Below are positions 41,237-54,900 of a DNA stretch of 64,000 nt, in pieces; positions within the stretch are counted from its first letter, which is position 1; the number at the start of each line of letters is the position of its first letter. Source of the stretch: the human T2T-CHM13v2.0 reference genome, Homo sapiens; the NCBI RefSeq assembly GCF_009914755.1, contig NC_060928.1; one strand, 5' to 3'. The position numbers were made by a program, and so were the translations under genes. The notes under the pieces were generated by a model. The model ran no database searches. It was not told the origin of the DNA and worked only from the letters and a program-made list of their open reading frames with translations.

Positions 41237-41540
41237 TTTTCTTTTTTTTTTTTTTGAGACGGAGTCTCACTCTGTCACCCAGGCTGGAGTGCAGTGGCGC
41301 AATCTGGGCTCACTGCAACCTCCACCCCTCCAGGTTTAAGCAATTCTCTGCCTCAGCCTCCGGAGTAGCTGCTGAGATTACAGGCGCGTGCCACCATGCC
41401 CGGCTAATTTTTTTGTATTTTTAGTAGAGACGGGGTTTCACCATCTTGGCCAGGCTGGTCTTGAGCTCCTGACCTCGTGATCCACCTGCCTCGTCCTCCC
41501 AAAGTGCTGGGATTACAGGCATGAGCCACTGCACCCGGCC
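41237..41540 (-). mobile_element. AluS (Sg/Sc-like)
   Basis: Antisense dimer ending gcacccggcc; ctgacctcgtgatcc diagnostic 2-bp deletion. Confidence 0.95.
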
Positions 41541-42160
41541 CATCTTTTAAACAAAACTCTCTCTTTCTATATACATTTCCTTCTGCTTCCATTCACAGCA
41601 GAACTTCTCTCAACTGTTGTCTATCTCCCATTCATGGTCTTCCCCATTCTTCTCCTCCCCTTCTCTCTTGAACTTATTCTATGCAGGTTTTTGTCCTCAC
41701 CATTCCACAAACTGCTCTTGTCAAGGTCCTCAATGATGTTAATGATGCTAAACCCAATGTTCAGTTTTCAGATGTCATCTTACTTGACATCTGTCAATAG
41801 CATTTAACATCATCCCTCCCTCCCTCCTTCTTGAATCCTGTTCTTCTCTTGAGTTCCAAGAAAACTCACCTGGTTTCTTCTCATATCCTTGACTGCTTCC
41901 TTTCAGTCTCCTCAAACTCCAGATGTTGGCATGTTCAACAGTTAAGTCCACAGAGCTCATCTTTCCTCTGTCCATACTCACTCCTTTGAGATACTATCCA
42001 TGCTCCTGCTATCTGTGTGCCACCAAAGACTCCCCATTCTCTATCTGCACCTAGATCTTTCCTCTGAACTGTGGACTCTTATGCCAACTGTCCACTCAAC
42101 ATGACAACCTGGATCACTAATAGGCATCACAACCTTCATGTGTCCAAAAATGAAGCTCCA

Positions 42161-42480
42161 GGCTGGACATGGTGGCACATAACTGTAATCCCAACACTTT
42201 GGGAGGCCGAGGCAGAAGGATCACTTGAGACCAGGAGTTTGAGACTAGCCTAGACATCATAGCAAGACCCTATGTCTACAAAAAAATATATATAGCCAGG
42301 CATGGTCGTACATGCCTGTAGTCCTAGCTACTTGGGAGGCTGAGGTGGGAGAGTCACTTGAGCCTAGAAGGTCGAGGCTGCGGCGCGCTGTGATTGCATC
42401 ACTGCACTCCAGCCTGGGTGACAGAATGAGACCCTGTCTCTAAAAAAAGTTTTAAAAATAATGAAAAATAAAAAGAAAGA
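42161..42480 (+). mobile_element. AluJ
   Basis: Full dimer; gaggtgggagagtcacttgagcct, gagaccctgtctc. Confidence 0.92.
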
Positions 42481-42516
42481 AACTCCTGACTCTTCACTCT
42501 TAACCTTCTCTCATAG

Positions 42517-42898
<382 letters not shown>

Positions 42899-44585
42899 AG
42901 TCCACAGATTTGTTGATCTGTCAACTAATCCAATGGCTCTTTCTAAAAATACATGTAAAATCCAACCATTTCTCATCTCCTCCACTAGTTAAAGCCACCA
43001 TCCTATCCCACCTGAATTGCTTCAAGAGCATCCCAATGTCATTTAGCTTTGTCCCCCATAGTTTATTCTCAATGCAGCAGCCAGAGTGGGTGCCTATTAA
43101 CCTATGTCACATTTTGTCATTTCTCTGTGCAAAAGGTTCCAGCGGCATACCAACACACAAGGAATGAAGCCACTGTCACCCACAGAAGGAAACCACTGTC
43201 CCCACGATGGCCTGCAAGGCCTCCACATCCAGCACCCCACAGCTAGACCTCATAGACCTCACTTACTGCTCCCCTCCTGGGTCTCTCCACTGCCCTCAAA
43301 CATTCTGCTTCTACCACAGGACCTTGACACTTGCTGATTTCTCTGCTTGGAATGTTCTTTCCAAAGACCTTTAGAGTCTTTTGGGTATTTGTTCAAATGT
43401 GAGGCCTTCCCTGACTATTCCAGTGAAAACTGCAACACAGTCCCTGGCTTCATATTCTCCTGGTTCACCTCGTGTGTCTCCATGTGAGCTACTGTATAAT
43501 TTACTTATTTTTCTTGTATTCTGGGCCTCTCCCTGGGGCAATATTTTTTATTTTCTTTCTTTCTTTTTTTTTTTTCCCACTGCTTTCTACCCAATGCCTA
43601 GAACAGTGTCTGACATGCAATGTTTGTTGAATGAATTGATCTGAGATCTGGTGTCTGAGAGTTGAAAGTCTTGCCCACGAGATGTGAGAAGGCAGAGCAC
43701 GATGAGAGGATTGCGGGCTGCCCCCTGTGCCTTGCCTGTTTGTTCATCGCAAAGCAATCCAGCTGTCTCCATCTGTTCACAGGACACACCTGTGAGTGCC
43801 ACATCGGGGAAGAATGTTTGACATCCCTGAACTCATGCTACTCAGCAGCAGAGGGCCTGCAGCATGGTCGTTACTTATTAAATATTTAAGTTCATTAACA
43901 CACAAGAAAAGGGCTCCTGAAAATAGTCTGGAAGCACTCAGGACCGACTTTATCTCTTTCCCAGTTTTGCCTTGGGCCAGCTGTGTGCTAAATTTATTCA
44001 CTTATTTACTCAGCCAGTCAATAAATGCAGCTCTGTAAATCATGTGATTGTTATTATTGTAAACAGTGTTTCTCAAAAAGCAAGTGGAAAGGGCAATTCC
44101 TCTAATGCTTTTTCCCTAAGAGTTTTTGTTCCAAGTAGAAACTTCAATGCCCTTATCCAATCAGCACAAATCCCAAATGCACTATCTGGCCAAGCGCATC
44201 GAGTTTTTAGCTCGCCACCCCCTCCAGAAGTTTGGAGAACATTTCCCTGAAGAAAGCCCTACCTCATCCCTTAAGTGCATTGGCAGTTGCTTAAGGCCCA
44301 GGGCAGATGTGTGGTCATTCACAGTTAAGTGGGTGCAGGCCGGTTAGTGGACAGACAACATGAAATATGCACAAATGAGCCAACAAGCCAACAGTGGAAA
44401 CCCCAGAGTGGTGCAATGGCTGTGTCTGCCCCAATCACTCGCTTTTTTCTTCATTTCCTAGCACCTCTTCATAGCTGCACTAACCATCTGATTCGCATTA
44501 TAATCTGTGCTTTATACATCAAACAGCAAGAGATAGGCTGAGAAGCTCATCCTGCCCATCAGTGAGTGGTGTTGCCCTTCATGAT

Positions 44586-44937
44586 TGTATTAGTCTGTTC
44601 TCACACTGCTAATAAAGACATACCTCAGACTGGATTTCAATGGACTCACAGTTCCACATGGCTGGGGAGGCCTCACAATCATGGCAGAAGACAAAGGAAG
44701 AGCAAAGCGACGTCTTACATGGCAGCAGGCAAGACAGAATGAGAGTCAAGCGAAAGGGGAAACCCCTTATAAAATCATCAAATCTCCTGAGATTTATTCA
44801 CTACCACAAGATCAGTATGGGGAAAACTGCCCGCATGATTCAATTATCTCCCATGGGGCACCTCCCACAACACGTGGGAATTATGGGAGCTGCAATTAAA
44901 GATGAGATTTGGGCGGGGACACAGCCAAACCATATCA
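44586..44937 (-). mobile_element. THE1 (B/C-like) solo LTR
   Basis: tgtattagtctgttctcacactgctaataaagacatacc...acagccaaaccatatca. Confidence 0.92.
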
Positions 44938-45345
44938 GTGGTCATCCACATCTTGTCACCTTTTCAGTTGTTGGCTCCTGAGTGTGGCCGAGTGTGGCTA
45001 CTTTAAGGGAAGTTCAGTAGCAGGAGATAGTTTGGCCACCGCTTTCTACTTAGATTGAGAGCAGTTGACTCCATCGTTCAAGTGTCCATCTTGGGGAAGA
45101 ATTGATTTCAGAGGCAGACGAACCTGCCATCTTCATACCTGTTCATTCCTTACACCAGAAAAACCCATTCCAACTGTGCTTTTTGTCTGTGTCTATTTGG
45201 TTCTTTGGGACTTACTTTGAATTGTCGTATTTTGCAGGTATGCAGTACCTGTGATTGTTTAAGTAAAAAGGATTGTGTAAGTAAAAAAGATGAAACTGTG
45301 GATATATGCGCCAACGTGGATGCTCTCAAATGCATTAAGCCAGGT

Positions 45346-45562
45346 CAGTGGTCCTCAATCAGGAGTGATTTTGCCCCCCAGGGGGCATTTTGCGATGCCT
45401 GAAGACATCTGTGGTTGTGACAACTGGGGAGAGAGGTGTTACTGGAATCTAGTGGGTGGATACCAGAGATACTGCTAAACATTCTATAGTGCACAGGACA
45501 GGCCGGCACAGCAAAGAATGATCTGGCCCACCATGTCAACAGCGCCAGGGTGAGAAACCCTG
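45346..45562 (+). mobile_element. MER20 (hAT-Charlie)
   Basis: cagtggtcctcaa...ttttgccccccaggggg...tgctaaacattcta...tgagaaaccctg; degenerate 8-bp TSD agccaggt/tgccaagt. Confidence 0.9.
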
Positions 45563-45582
45563 TGCCAAGTGAAAGAAGCAGA

Positions 45583-45800
45583 CTCCATTTATATGACATT
45601 CTGGAAAAGGCAAAACCATAGGGATAGAAAATCCATCAGTAATTGCCAGGAGTTGGGGATTAAGTCCAAAGGGGTATAGGGGAATTTGGAGGGTGATGGA
45701 AATGTCCTCTCTCTTGACGGTGATGGTGTTTACATTCAGAACTATACAGTTAAAAGGGTGAATTTGACCATATGGAAATTAAACTTATACCTGAAACAGC
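45583..45800 (+). mobile_element. L1M 3' end fragment
   Basis: tccatttatatgacattctggaaaaggcaaaaccataggga...ggtgatggaaatgt. Confidence 0.75.
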
Positions 45801-45920
45801 AAACAAAAACCCAGCTCTGTCTGAACCAAAGAAATTCTGGATAAGGTAGGGAGAAAAAGTAGCCACGAAAGAAACAAATGTGGGTGGGGGAAGAGAGGCT
45901 GAAGTGTAAAGAAGAATAAG

Positions 45921-46250
45921 GGCCGGGTTCAGTGGCTCTCACCTGTAATTTCAGCACTTTGGGGAGGCCAAGGTGGGTGGATCTCTTCAGCCCAGGAGTT
46001 TAAGACCAACCGGGGCAACATGAAGAAACCCCATCTCTACCAAAAAAAAAAATTTTTTTTAATTAACCAGGCGTGATGGTGTGCGTGTGTGGTCTCAGCT
46101 ACTCAGAAGGCTGATGTGGGAGGATTGTTTGAGCCCAGGAGGTTGAGGCTGCAGTGAGCCGTGATCTCACCACTGCACCCCAGTCTGGGCAACAGAGTGA
46201 GACCCTGTCTCAAAAAAAAAAAAAAAGAAAGAAAGGAAAAGAAAAAAGAA
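45921..46250 (+). mobile_element. AluJ
   Basis: Full dimer; ggaggattgtttgagcccaggaggttgaggctgcagtgagcc. Confidence 0.93.
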
Positions 46251-46349
46251 CCATAGAAAGACAGATTTTTGTTTTTCAAAACTAAATTAATTGATTGCCC
46301 CTCAGCAAATGATACCTCATCAAAAGCTACTTCTTGTTGTTGCCCGATA

Positions 46350-46540
46350 CTTTTATAAAACAGCTTCAATGAGGTATACTTACCATGCAATGAACTGCAC
46401 AACTTTAAAATGTTCCATTTGGTCAGTTTTGACCTATGCATATACCTGTTAAACAATTATCACAATCATAATAAACATATCCAACATTCTTAAAAGCTTC
46501 TTCTCGTCTTTTTGCAATCTTTCCCTCTCATTCCTCCCCT
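46350..46540 (-). mobile_element. L1ME 3' end fragment
   Basis: aacagcttcaatgaggtata...ttttgacctatgcatatacctg. Confidence 0.6.
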
Positions 46541-47105
46541 AAAAACAGTAGTACTGATCACATTGGGTTGTTGTGAGAATTTAAATAAGATTCAAGCATA
46601 GAGAGAGCCATGTTATATACACACTTTGTTTTCTGTCTTTAGGTGGGGGAAGCCATTGTCTAGTGAAAAAGACCTGAATTCCGTGCCCAGATCACTGCTT
46701 ACTCTTGGTACAGGGCTGGAGTGGAGTTGAGGATTGCATAAGTGTTGCAAGCAAAGAGAATGTGCTAATAAATGCATATTGAATGAACAAATGAACAAAT
46801 CCACCAGATCTATGTGCTCAAAAATCTAACTTAGAGACAAGAACAAGTAAAATAAATTGATACAAATAAGAGGCATTATATAATCATGTGGCACTACATA
46901 CATGTACATATTATTAAATAGGTCTCAAATTGATATTGTTTTCTTTCCCACAAAACACATTCTTCTTCCTGAAGATCCTTATTTGTGGCTGGTGTCCATT
47001 TAGCCACCCAAACCAAATCACCCATCCTCAATTTCCCATTCACCCTCAACTAATCTGGCTCAAGTCGATAGGCACACAGTCCTGTTTATTTGACTTCATC
47101 TCTTG

Positions 47106-47426
47106 GTTTTTGTTTTTGTTTCTTTTTTTGTTTTTTGTTTTTTTGAGATAGGGTCTCCCTTTGTCACCCAAGCTGGAGTGCAGTGGTGTAATCTGGACTC
47201 ACTGCAGCCTCCACCTCTCCAGCTCAAGTGATCCTCCCACCTCAGCCTCCTGAGTAGCTGGGACCACAGGTGCACACCACCACACCTGACTAGGTTTTGT
47301 CTTTTTTGTCGAGACAGGGTTTTGCCATGTTTCCCAGGCTGGTCTCGAACTCCTGGACTAAAGAGATCCTCCTGCCTCAGCCTCCCAAAGTGTTGGGATT
47401 ACAGGCGTGAGCCACCGTGCCTGGCT
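47106..47426 (-). mobile_element. AluJ
   Basis: Antisense dimer; 17-bp TSD tttgacttcatYtcttg at 47089-47105 and 47427-47443. Confidence 0.95.
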
Positions 47427-47764
47427 TTTGACTTCATTTCTTGATGCTTCTATGTCCTCTTCATCTCCACGGCAGTTCCAGCTCCCATTACATCTCACAG
47501 CACTGAAGCTGGCCTCCACCTCCGGCCTTTCTACTCTGCAGGATAAGTCTTTCCTAAAAATCCTGGTCCTTCCCCACTTCTCCAATAACTCTTTATTACC
47601 CCCCTCCAAGGCAAAGCGCCACCTCCCCAAGTACAAAATATTTTATTACCTGGACTAAATCTACCTTGTCAGTCTCTCACCCACACTTGAAGTCTTAGCC
47701 AGGCCTATGAATTCACCTTTTCCTCAATATACCACAATTGTTCCTCTCCCCACATCTTTTTTCT

Positions 47765-48285
47765 TGTTAATTTTAAAAAATTGTAATAAAATATACATTT
47801 CATAAAATATATCATTTTAACCATTTTTACGTAGACAGCTCAGTGATATTAAGTACATTCACACTGTTGTGCAACCATTCCCACCATCCATCTCCGGAAC
47901 TTTTTCATCTTCCCCAACTGAAATCTTATGCCCATCAAACAAAAGCATTCTCCCTTCTCTCAAGCCCCTGGAAACCATTCTACTTTCTGTCTCTATGAAT
48001 TTTACTACTCCAGATAATCCATATAAGTGGAAGCATACACTATTTGTTTTTTTGTGTCTGGCTTATTTCACATAAGGTCTTTGAGATTCATCCATATTTA
48101 ACATGTGTCAGATTTCATTCACTTTTATGGCTGAATAATATTCCGTTGTAGGCATGGCCCATATTTTGTTTATCCAGTCAGCCATCGATGAAAAGTTGGG
48201 TTGTTTCCATCTTTTCACCCTTATGAATAATCCTGCTATGAACATTGGTGTACAAGCCCTGTTCAAATCTCTGCTTTCTTTCCCC
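47765..48285 (-). mobile_element. L1MB 3' end fragment
   Basis: attaagtacattcacactgttgtgcaacca...tctactttctgtctctatgaattt...ctgctatgaacattggtgtacaa. Confidence 0.85.
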
Positions 48286-50980
48286 TGGAACCTTTATTGC
48301 ATGTTCCTTCTGGCTAGAGAGTCAGCCTGGAGGCATCTTCCACCCCTCTTTCTGAAGAACTCCTATTCATTAAACAAAAACAAACAAACAAACAAACAAA
48401 AAACACCTCATCTCTCAAAAGTCCATTTTCTAATTTAATCAAAGACAGGTAGCCTTGACTTCCTCTGCATCTTCCTAGCCTTACATACTATGCCCTCTTA
48501 TGGTCCTTATTTCATTGAATCACAATCACTTGTGCCATTGCCTTCCTCCCTTGCTAAACTGTACTTTAGTGAAAAGGGAGCTTACCTTGTAATCTTTCTC
48601 CTCCAGATATCATGCCTAGGCCACTGTCAGAACTTCATAAATATGTGAGAAGAAATAGTTTAAGGACTACCTCTGGGTTCTTCAGTCCCAACCTCTCTAG
48701 GGACTCAAGGAATATTATCAACTAATGCTGATTTTTATTGTTTGTTGGCTCCAGGATAAAGATCTAGCACAGATTTCTGACCTTCGAAGTATTTTCTGGC
48801 TGCCACAGGGTCTTATTTCCCTGGAGGTCACTGAGGAGATGAATCACCATGGTTAGACCCTCTGAAATGCAACTTCTTTGAATCCTATTACTCATCTACC
48901 TACACAGCCCTGGTGGGAAGGCTCGAGCCAGCTGAGCTTTCATTTACACCTTCAGCCAGGCAGACTGAAACCTTTCTAATCATGCCAAAGTGGAGGACCA
49001 GGGGAGCAGAGTGAACATGAGTTGAAATGAGCTTTCAACTTCAGAATTAAAAAGCATTTTCTCAGCCTTTCTAAGGACCATGTTGCTAAAGGTACAGACT
49101 TTAATAGTTATAAGAAAGCCATTGAGAAACCTAAAAGACAGGTCTTGGCTCCCCATCCACTCCCCTCTTTCCCATTTTCTTGGCTCTGCTCCTTCCCTGC
49201 CAGCTCCATCTTTCTTTCCTGAGTATCCTAGTGTGTGGCCTTGGCCTTCCTTTTGCCTATGATCCCAACTCACACAAAGGAGAAAGCATCTCTCAGCTGC
49301 CTTGGATGATGATGTGTTCAGCACATCACAGTGTGTGGCTTTCATTTGTTTATCCTTTTGTTCATTGACCTCACCTCTTGTGCTCCATGCTGGAGGAATC
49401 CAGATATCTGCTCACATTTGAGAGGTGGGAGCAGGAAGCTTGTGCTGCCCCCCGACAATGAGGGAAGCACACGCATGCAGGCATGTGCACGTGCACACTT
49501 TGAAAAAAGTTCAGTCACGTCCTAGTAAAGTTCAAGTGCAATTTCCCATCTGGATCTATTTAAGTCCAGAATGGGTTGAGGAGTTTAGTGTAGACTCCTA
49601 GGATAACTGAACTCATCCTCAGATCATATTAACCTCTAAAATATTGGGACTAACCCCACAGTCACCTTTCAGCCTGCAAAGCGCACCTGAGAAGGTAGTC
49701 TTGTGTCCTGAGCTTCTGGCTTCCTCTTGCTGCCCTCCCCACCCCACTCCACAAGGGGACTGCCCTTTGGCTGTTGGTCACTATCTGCTTCATCAGCCCC
49801 ACAACTGGATGGGTCAGAAGGAGGAGGAATAAAATGCTAAGATGGAGGTTTGTTCTGAGATTGGAATGTCTTCAAAACCTTCTAGGTATGTCTCCAGGTG
49901 TAAAAGACAAATCCACTAGCAGAGTTTTGGCACATAAGCGTGCCATAGAATCTTTTCTTGAGTTCTATTACAACAATATTCAGTTCCCTTAGCCCTGGAG
50001 GCAGCAACTCCAGGAAGTCAGGGAGGAGAAGCAAGAAGGGAAGAAAAGTCCATTCTCTTCATGAGGAAGACAGAGTGCAGGGAGACTGGACTGAGACGAG
50101 GAGACCATCTAGGAGGCAGCCGTCAAAACTGTGAGGCTCTGAACTAAGGCAGGGGCTCTAGGTGTCAGGTCTAGATAACTGGGTGATTGGCTAAGAAAGA
50201 CTAGAAAACATTTTAGGAAAAAATAATGACCAGTTTGTGCTATGTTGAGTTTGGGCTGGCGCCATCAAATCTTAACCTATCTTCTGCCTGGGCATGTCCC
50301 TGCTCTTGTCCCCTATGGTCTGTTTTCCACATGATAGACTGATCACCTCTAATCAGGGGCTTCCCAGTCCTCTAGGCTATAGTCCAAAGTCCTTAATGTG
50401 GCTTACGGTACCTTGCATGCATTGCTCCTGCCAACCCTCCAGCTTATTTGTTTATAGTCTATCTTTCCTATAGGAAGCTCCATGAGGCCAGGAAGGATGT
50501 CGCTCTTATTCTTAGATTCATTTGCAATGCCCAGCACATAATTGGTTCTAGAGATAAAGGGAGAAGAGAGAGACTGAGAGAGAGAGAAAGTAAAGAATGA
50601 ATAATGTCCAACTGGAGACTCTGGCAGATAATTTGAGCTATAAATTTGGGGCCTTTAACATTAAAAAGGTATATGAAGACATGGAAGTAAACGAATTTGC
50701 GTATTTTCAGAAAAGATGAAACCTTGGGGAACAACGACATTCTAGGTGGTCACATGAATGAGGAAGGATAAGCAACCCTAAATGAGGCTGCCTGAGAACA
50801 AGCTGCTAAAGACACAGGCGGGGAACTGGCCAAGAACACAGGGCAATAGGAAGGAGTGCAGTGTGGGAAGGACTGACAGGAGGCCACATGAGATAGAAGA
50901 ACAAGGCCAATGACACCAAAAGAAAATGGTCAAACAACTTCAGAGCACGGGACACTCTACAAAACAATCAGGATGATCTC

Positions 50981-51257
50981 TTTATTTATGTATTTGAGAT
51001 AGGGTCTCACTCTGTCACTCAGGCTGGAGTACAGTGTATGATCATAGTTCACTGCAACCTCAAACTCCTGGGCTCAAATGATCCTCCCAAGAAGCTAGGA
51101 CTACAGGTGTGCACCACCACATGTGGCTAAATTTTTAAATATTTTATAGAAATGGGGTCTCAGTTTGTTGATCAGACTGGTCTTGAACTCCTGGCTTTGA
51201 GCGATCCTCCTGCCTTGGCCTCCCAAAGTGCTGGGAATCCAAGTGTGAGTCCTGGCC
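50981..51257 (-). mobile_element. AluJ with internal deletions
   Basis: gagatagggtctcactctgtcac...ctcctgggctcaaatgatcctccc...cctggcc. Confidence 0.88.
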
Positions 51258-51659
51258 AGGACTTTTTTTTTTTTTTCATCATTGTTATTTTTAAAAAGAA
51301 GCTAAAAAGGGTCAATCACAAAAATATTTTTGATTGGATCTTGGTTCATAAAAAAATTAAACTTAAAGTTAGCTGTGTGGATATCTGCAGAAAGAGCCTT
51401 ACAAAGGAGAGGAAGAGTCAATGCAAAGGTTCCAAAAGGGGACCCTGCCCAGCCTGTTCAAGGAAAGGCAAGGAGGCCAGTGTGGCCAGAGGAGGGTGAG
51501 CAAGTTGCCGGAAGGTAGAATTCATAAGGTCTTGGATGCAATTGGTAAAGACTTTGAACTTGACTCAACTTTTGGCATATTTAGTTTGAAATATCTATGT
51601 AACACCCAAGTGGAGATGTTGAGCAGACAGCTGGGTATGCAAGTCTGAAATTCAAGGGA

Positions 51660-51953
51660 GGTCAGGTGTGGTGGCTCACATCTGTAATGCCAGCACTTTG
51701 GAAGGCTGAGGTGGGCAGATCGCTTGAGCCCAGGAGTTTGAGACCAGCCTGAGCAATATAACGAGACCCCATTTCTACAAAAAATTTAAAATTTAACTGG
51801 GTGTGGTGGTGCACACCTGTAGTCCCAGCTATTTGGGAAGCTGAGGTAGGAGGATTGCTTGAGCCCAGAAGGTCTTTAGTGAGCCTCATGCCACTGTACT
51901 CCAGCCTGGGTGACAGAGTGAGACTCTGTCTCAAAAAAAAAAAAAAAAAAAAA
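51660..51953 (+). mobile_element. AluJ
   Basis: Full dimer with poly(A). Confidence 0.93.
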
Positions 51954-54900
51954 TCAGGGGAGAAGCCATGAAAGGAGACAAAAAAATTTGGGAGTCATCA
52001 GCAAATTAGATGATTTCAAAGCCATAAAACTAGATGAGATCACGGAGGGAATGAGGATAAGGAAGAGAAAAGGGCCAAGGAGTGAGCACTGGGCCTTCCA
52101 AGGCAAGAGGTCAGGAGAAAAGTAGGGATCAGCCGAGGTGGCTCTGAAGGACTGGCCAGTGTGAGGGAAGGGAACCTACAGAAAGCGGTGCCCTGGAAGC
52201 CGAGTGTGGACTGGGGAGGTGATCATCTGGGTCCCCTGCTGGGTCAAAAATGAGGCCTGAGGCCTGGGTTAATCCACACAGAGGCGCAGCTGACCTTGAC
52301 CTCGGCAGGGCAGTTTTTGAGTGGAGGGAAGTAGTAAAGGCCTGCCAGGATGAGGCCTGGGAGAGACTAGGAAGAGAGCCATTGGAAACAGTGCGTAGAG
52401 CAGAGTTGTGGGGGTGTCACAGACAAAGGGGGGCAGGGGGTCAAGAGAAGTTTGGGGCTTTTTGATTTCTTCCTCTTTTTGCTTTAAGATTGGAAAAGAG
52501 ATGGCCAGTCCATAACGTTGATGGGACTGAGTGAGTCAATGAAGGAGCGCATGAGGGAGTGAGTGACTGAGGGCAGATACAGGGTCAAGCGAAGTTTCCG
52601 CCATCTGAGAGAGGTCTGAGCAGGAGTCCCAGGACATGGGAGATTGCCCTGGAGAGTGGATTCACAGAGACGGGTGGGGGTGCTGTCTGTCCGCAGTCGT
52701 TGCCTTGAGGGGCCCTTTGTTTGCTACCCTCTTGTTGAATCTGGCTGTCCCCACAGCTACTTTGCCTGGGGCCCAACTAGGGCAGAGATACAAATACGCC
52801 AGGCCATGGCCCCATAAAGTCTGGCCTCAAGGCTGCAGCCCATTTGGAAAACGTTTTAATTTCACTTGCGTGTTTTTTCAATTTGATTATTAAGTGCCGT
52901 TTACACATGGACGGGGAAAGCCTGTTTTCATTCGCTGATTCCCCTTCCTCCCTGGCCTGCGTGCCTCCCTGGTGAGTAATGGGGAGGCTGCTTTTCTGGA
53001 ACACAAGGGAAAACTTCCAGCAAATTGCAAAAGCATGTTCCTTCCTTGAAAAATCCTTTCACACTTGTTTTTTACTCCGTTTGTAAAGTTCATGAAAAGC
53101 CTCCATAAAAGTGCTTTAAAAAACCTAAACTTTCTTTGTTCTCCACGTTCAACTTTCTTTTTCTCTCTTAAGAGGGTATATAATTTCAAGGGATAACAAA
53201 CAAAACATCAAACCTAGGGAGCAAGTGGCGAGATGAAGGAAATGAAGCAAACTTTAGAAATGTCGGAGGATCACAGGTTGGAGGTGCCAGTGAGGGGGAA
53301 ATTTCCACATGTGTTTTCAGAAGATGAGAATCCGGCACTCCCCGACTGGCCCCATCATCGCTCAGATTTGTTTCTGAAGTTATTAACATTTCACGCAAGG
53401 CTGGGGCAGCTGGGCAGACAGAAAGACTGAAATAATAAAGGCTCAGGAAGAGCGACACATCCTTTTAGGTACATTTCAGCAGCCTCAACTATCAGGGGTG
53501 CAGGAGATGGGAGCATAGGAAACGGTGCTGCCAAGAATTTGCAAAGAAGGTTTCCCTCCTGAAGGCCAGAGTGGGGTCATCCGATCAGAGAAATACAGAA
53601 GGTTCTTAAAGGGGATGGAGGCCATATAAGGAGTTTCCCTCTGCAGAGACAGACTCCATTCTGGTTTGGGTTTGATGAGACAGCTAGAAAAGAGCTGAGA
53701 GGATGGGGTTCCCACCAGCCTCGAGGGACTGTCCTGGAGAGCCTCATGGGGGTAGCCAGGGGAAGTGCCGTGGGGTTCTGTGGGCAATGTTTGGGGACTG
53801 GGTGGCATGCCTTAGCCAGCTATTGATCTAATTCTGGTCACTGTCCTGGTGTCTGAGTCCATCTAGGGCTGCATGTCTGGTGTATCTGTCCCTAGCCCTC
53901 TGGGCTCCAACGTTGGCAAAGTAACACTGGTGGGCTCCCCTCCCCACTCCCATTTCTCTCTCTGCAGCACCTGCTTCCCCCCTGCATACCCCCTCCTCAT
54001 CTGCCTCTCTCACCCGCAAGGAAGGACTTCCAAGAAGGGACTGAGAAGAGGCAGAGAACTGTATTTTCACAAAGGCCTGAGAGGGAGAAATGCTGTTTGT
54101 TTGCTTGGTGGGTTCAAGATATGGAGGATGGGCAAGAAGCGGGAGGAATGGAGCCATCTTCAGCTCCTGAAATCCTGGGATGGACACTGTGATTCCAAAG
54201 GCCACCATGCCTACCTAACCCAATAATGAGCTCTGGGTGGACAGGGGCCCAGTCTTCATCAGCGCTGTGGGCCCTGGGTTCTGGGATATTGCAATTAGGA
54301 TGGTGCTTTCCCCAGTAATGGCCACGTGATCAGCAAATAGATCCTTACATCTCTTTGAGCCCCAGATCCCTCCTCTGCCGCAGAGAAAGAACCAGCAGTG
54401 CACCCTGCACACACCCTCTTCCTTAGGTACTGGGCTGACCATAGGACTTGCTGTGCCTACTGCTGAGGAAGCTGCCCTGTGGCTCCTCCGCCCTGCCTGG
54501 GTGGCCTCCTCTTCTTCCCCAGCTGGCACAGTCGCCTCCTCTCTGTTCCGCCTTTTCCTCGCCCCCTTTCTTTCCCTTCCTCTTTCTACCCCTCTGATCC
54601 TCTCTGATCCTTGGATTGCCTGGCAGAAAGCCAGGGGGTAACCCGGAGTTCACCTCAGCAGCCTCAAGCTCAGAAGCGGTTTCATGCTAAGCCATGGCTA
54701 CCCCAAAGGCCTCTCACCTCATTTACATCCAGGGCTTTTCCTCAGCCACACCCTCGTGGGTACTCCGGAGAGGATGTGACAATCACCATGTCTTTGTGTC
54801 AGCCCTAAGTATAACCCCAGCCAAGACAACCTGCTTCTTCCAACACCTGATCTTCTATAGTTACTTCCACTTTGCACATGGAGAAACTGAGGCTCAGAGA

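Larger units (their letters stand above)
50090..52520 (-). mobile_element. L2 fragments (mostly antisense; a sense 3' piece at ~50270-50560) interrupted by two Alus
   Basis: ggagaccatctaggaggc, ccaagtggagatgttgagcagacagctgg, ttgggagtcatcagca, aaagccataaaactagatgagatcac. Confidence 0.7.

Noticed and set aside
49484-49497. Palindrome TGTGCACGTGCACA containing an E-box
   Set aside because: It lies in a low-complexity CA/GC alternating tract where such palindromes arise by chance.
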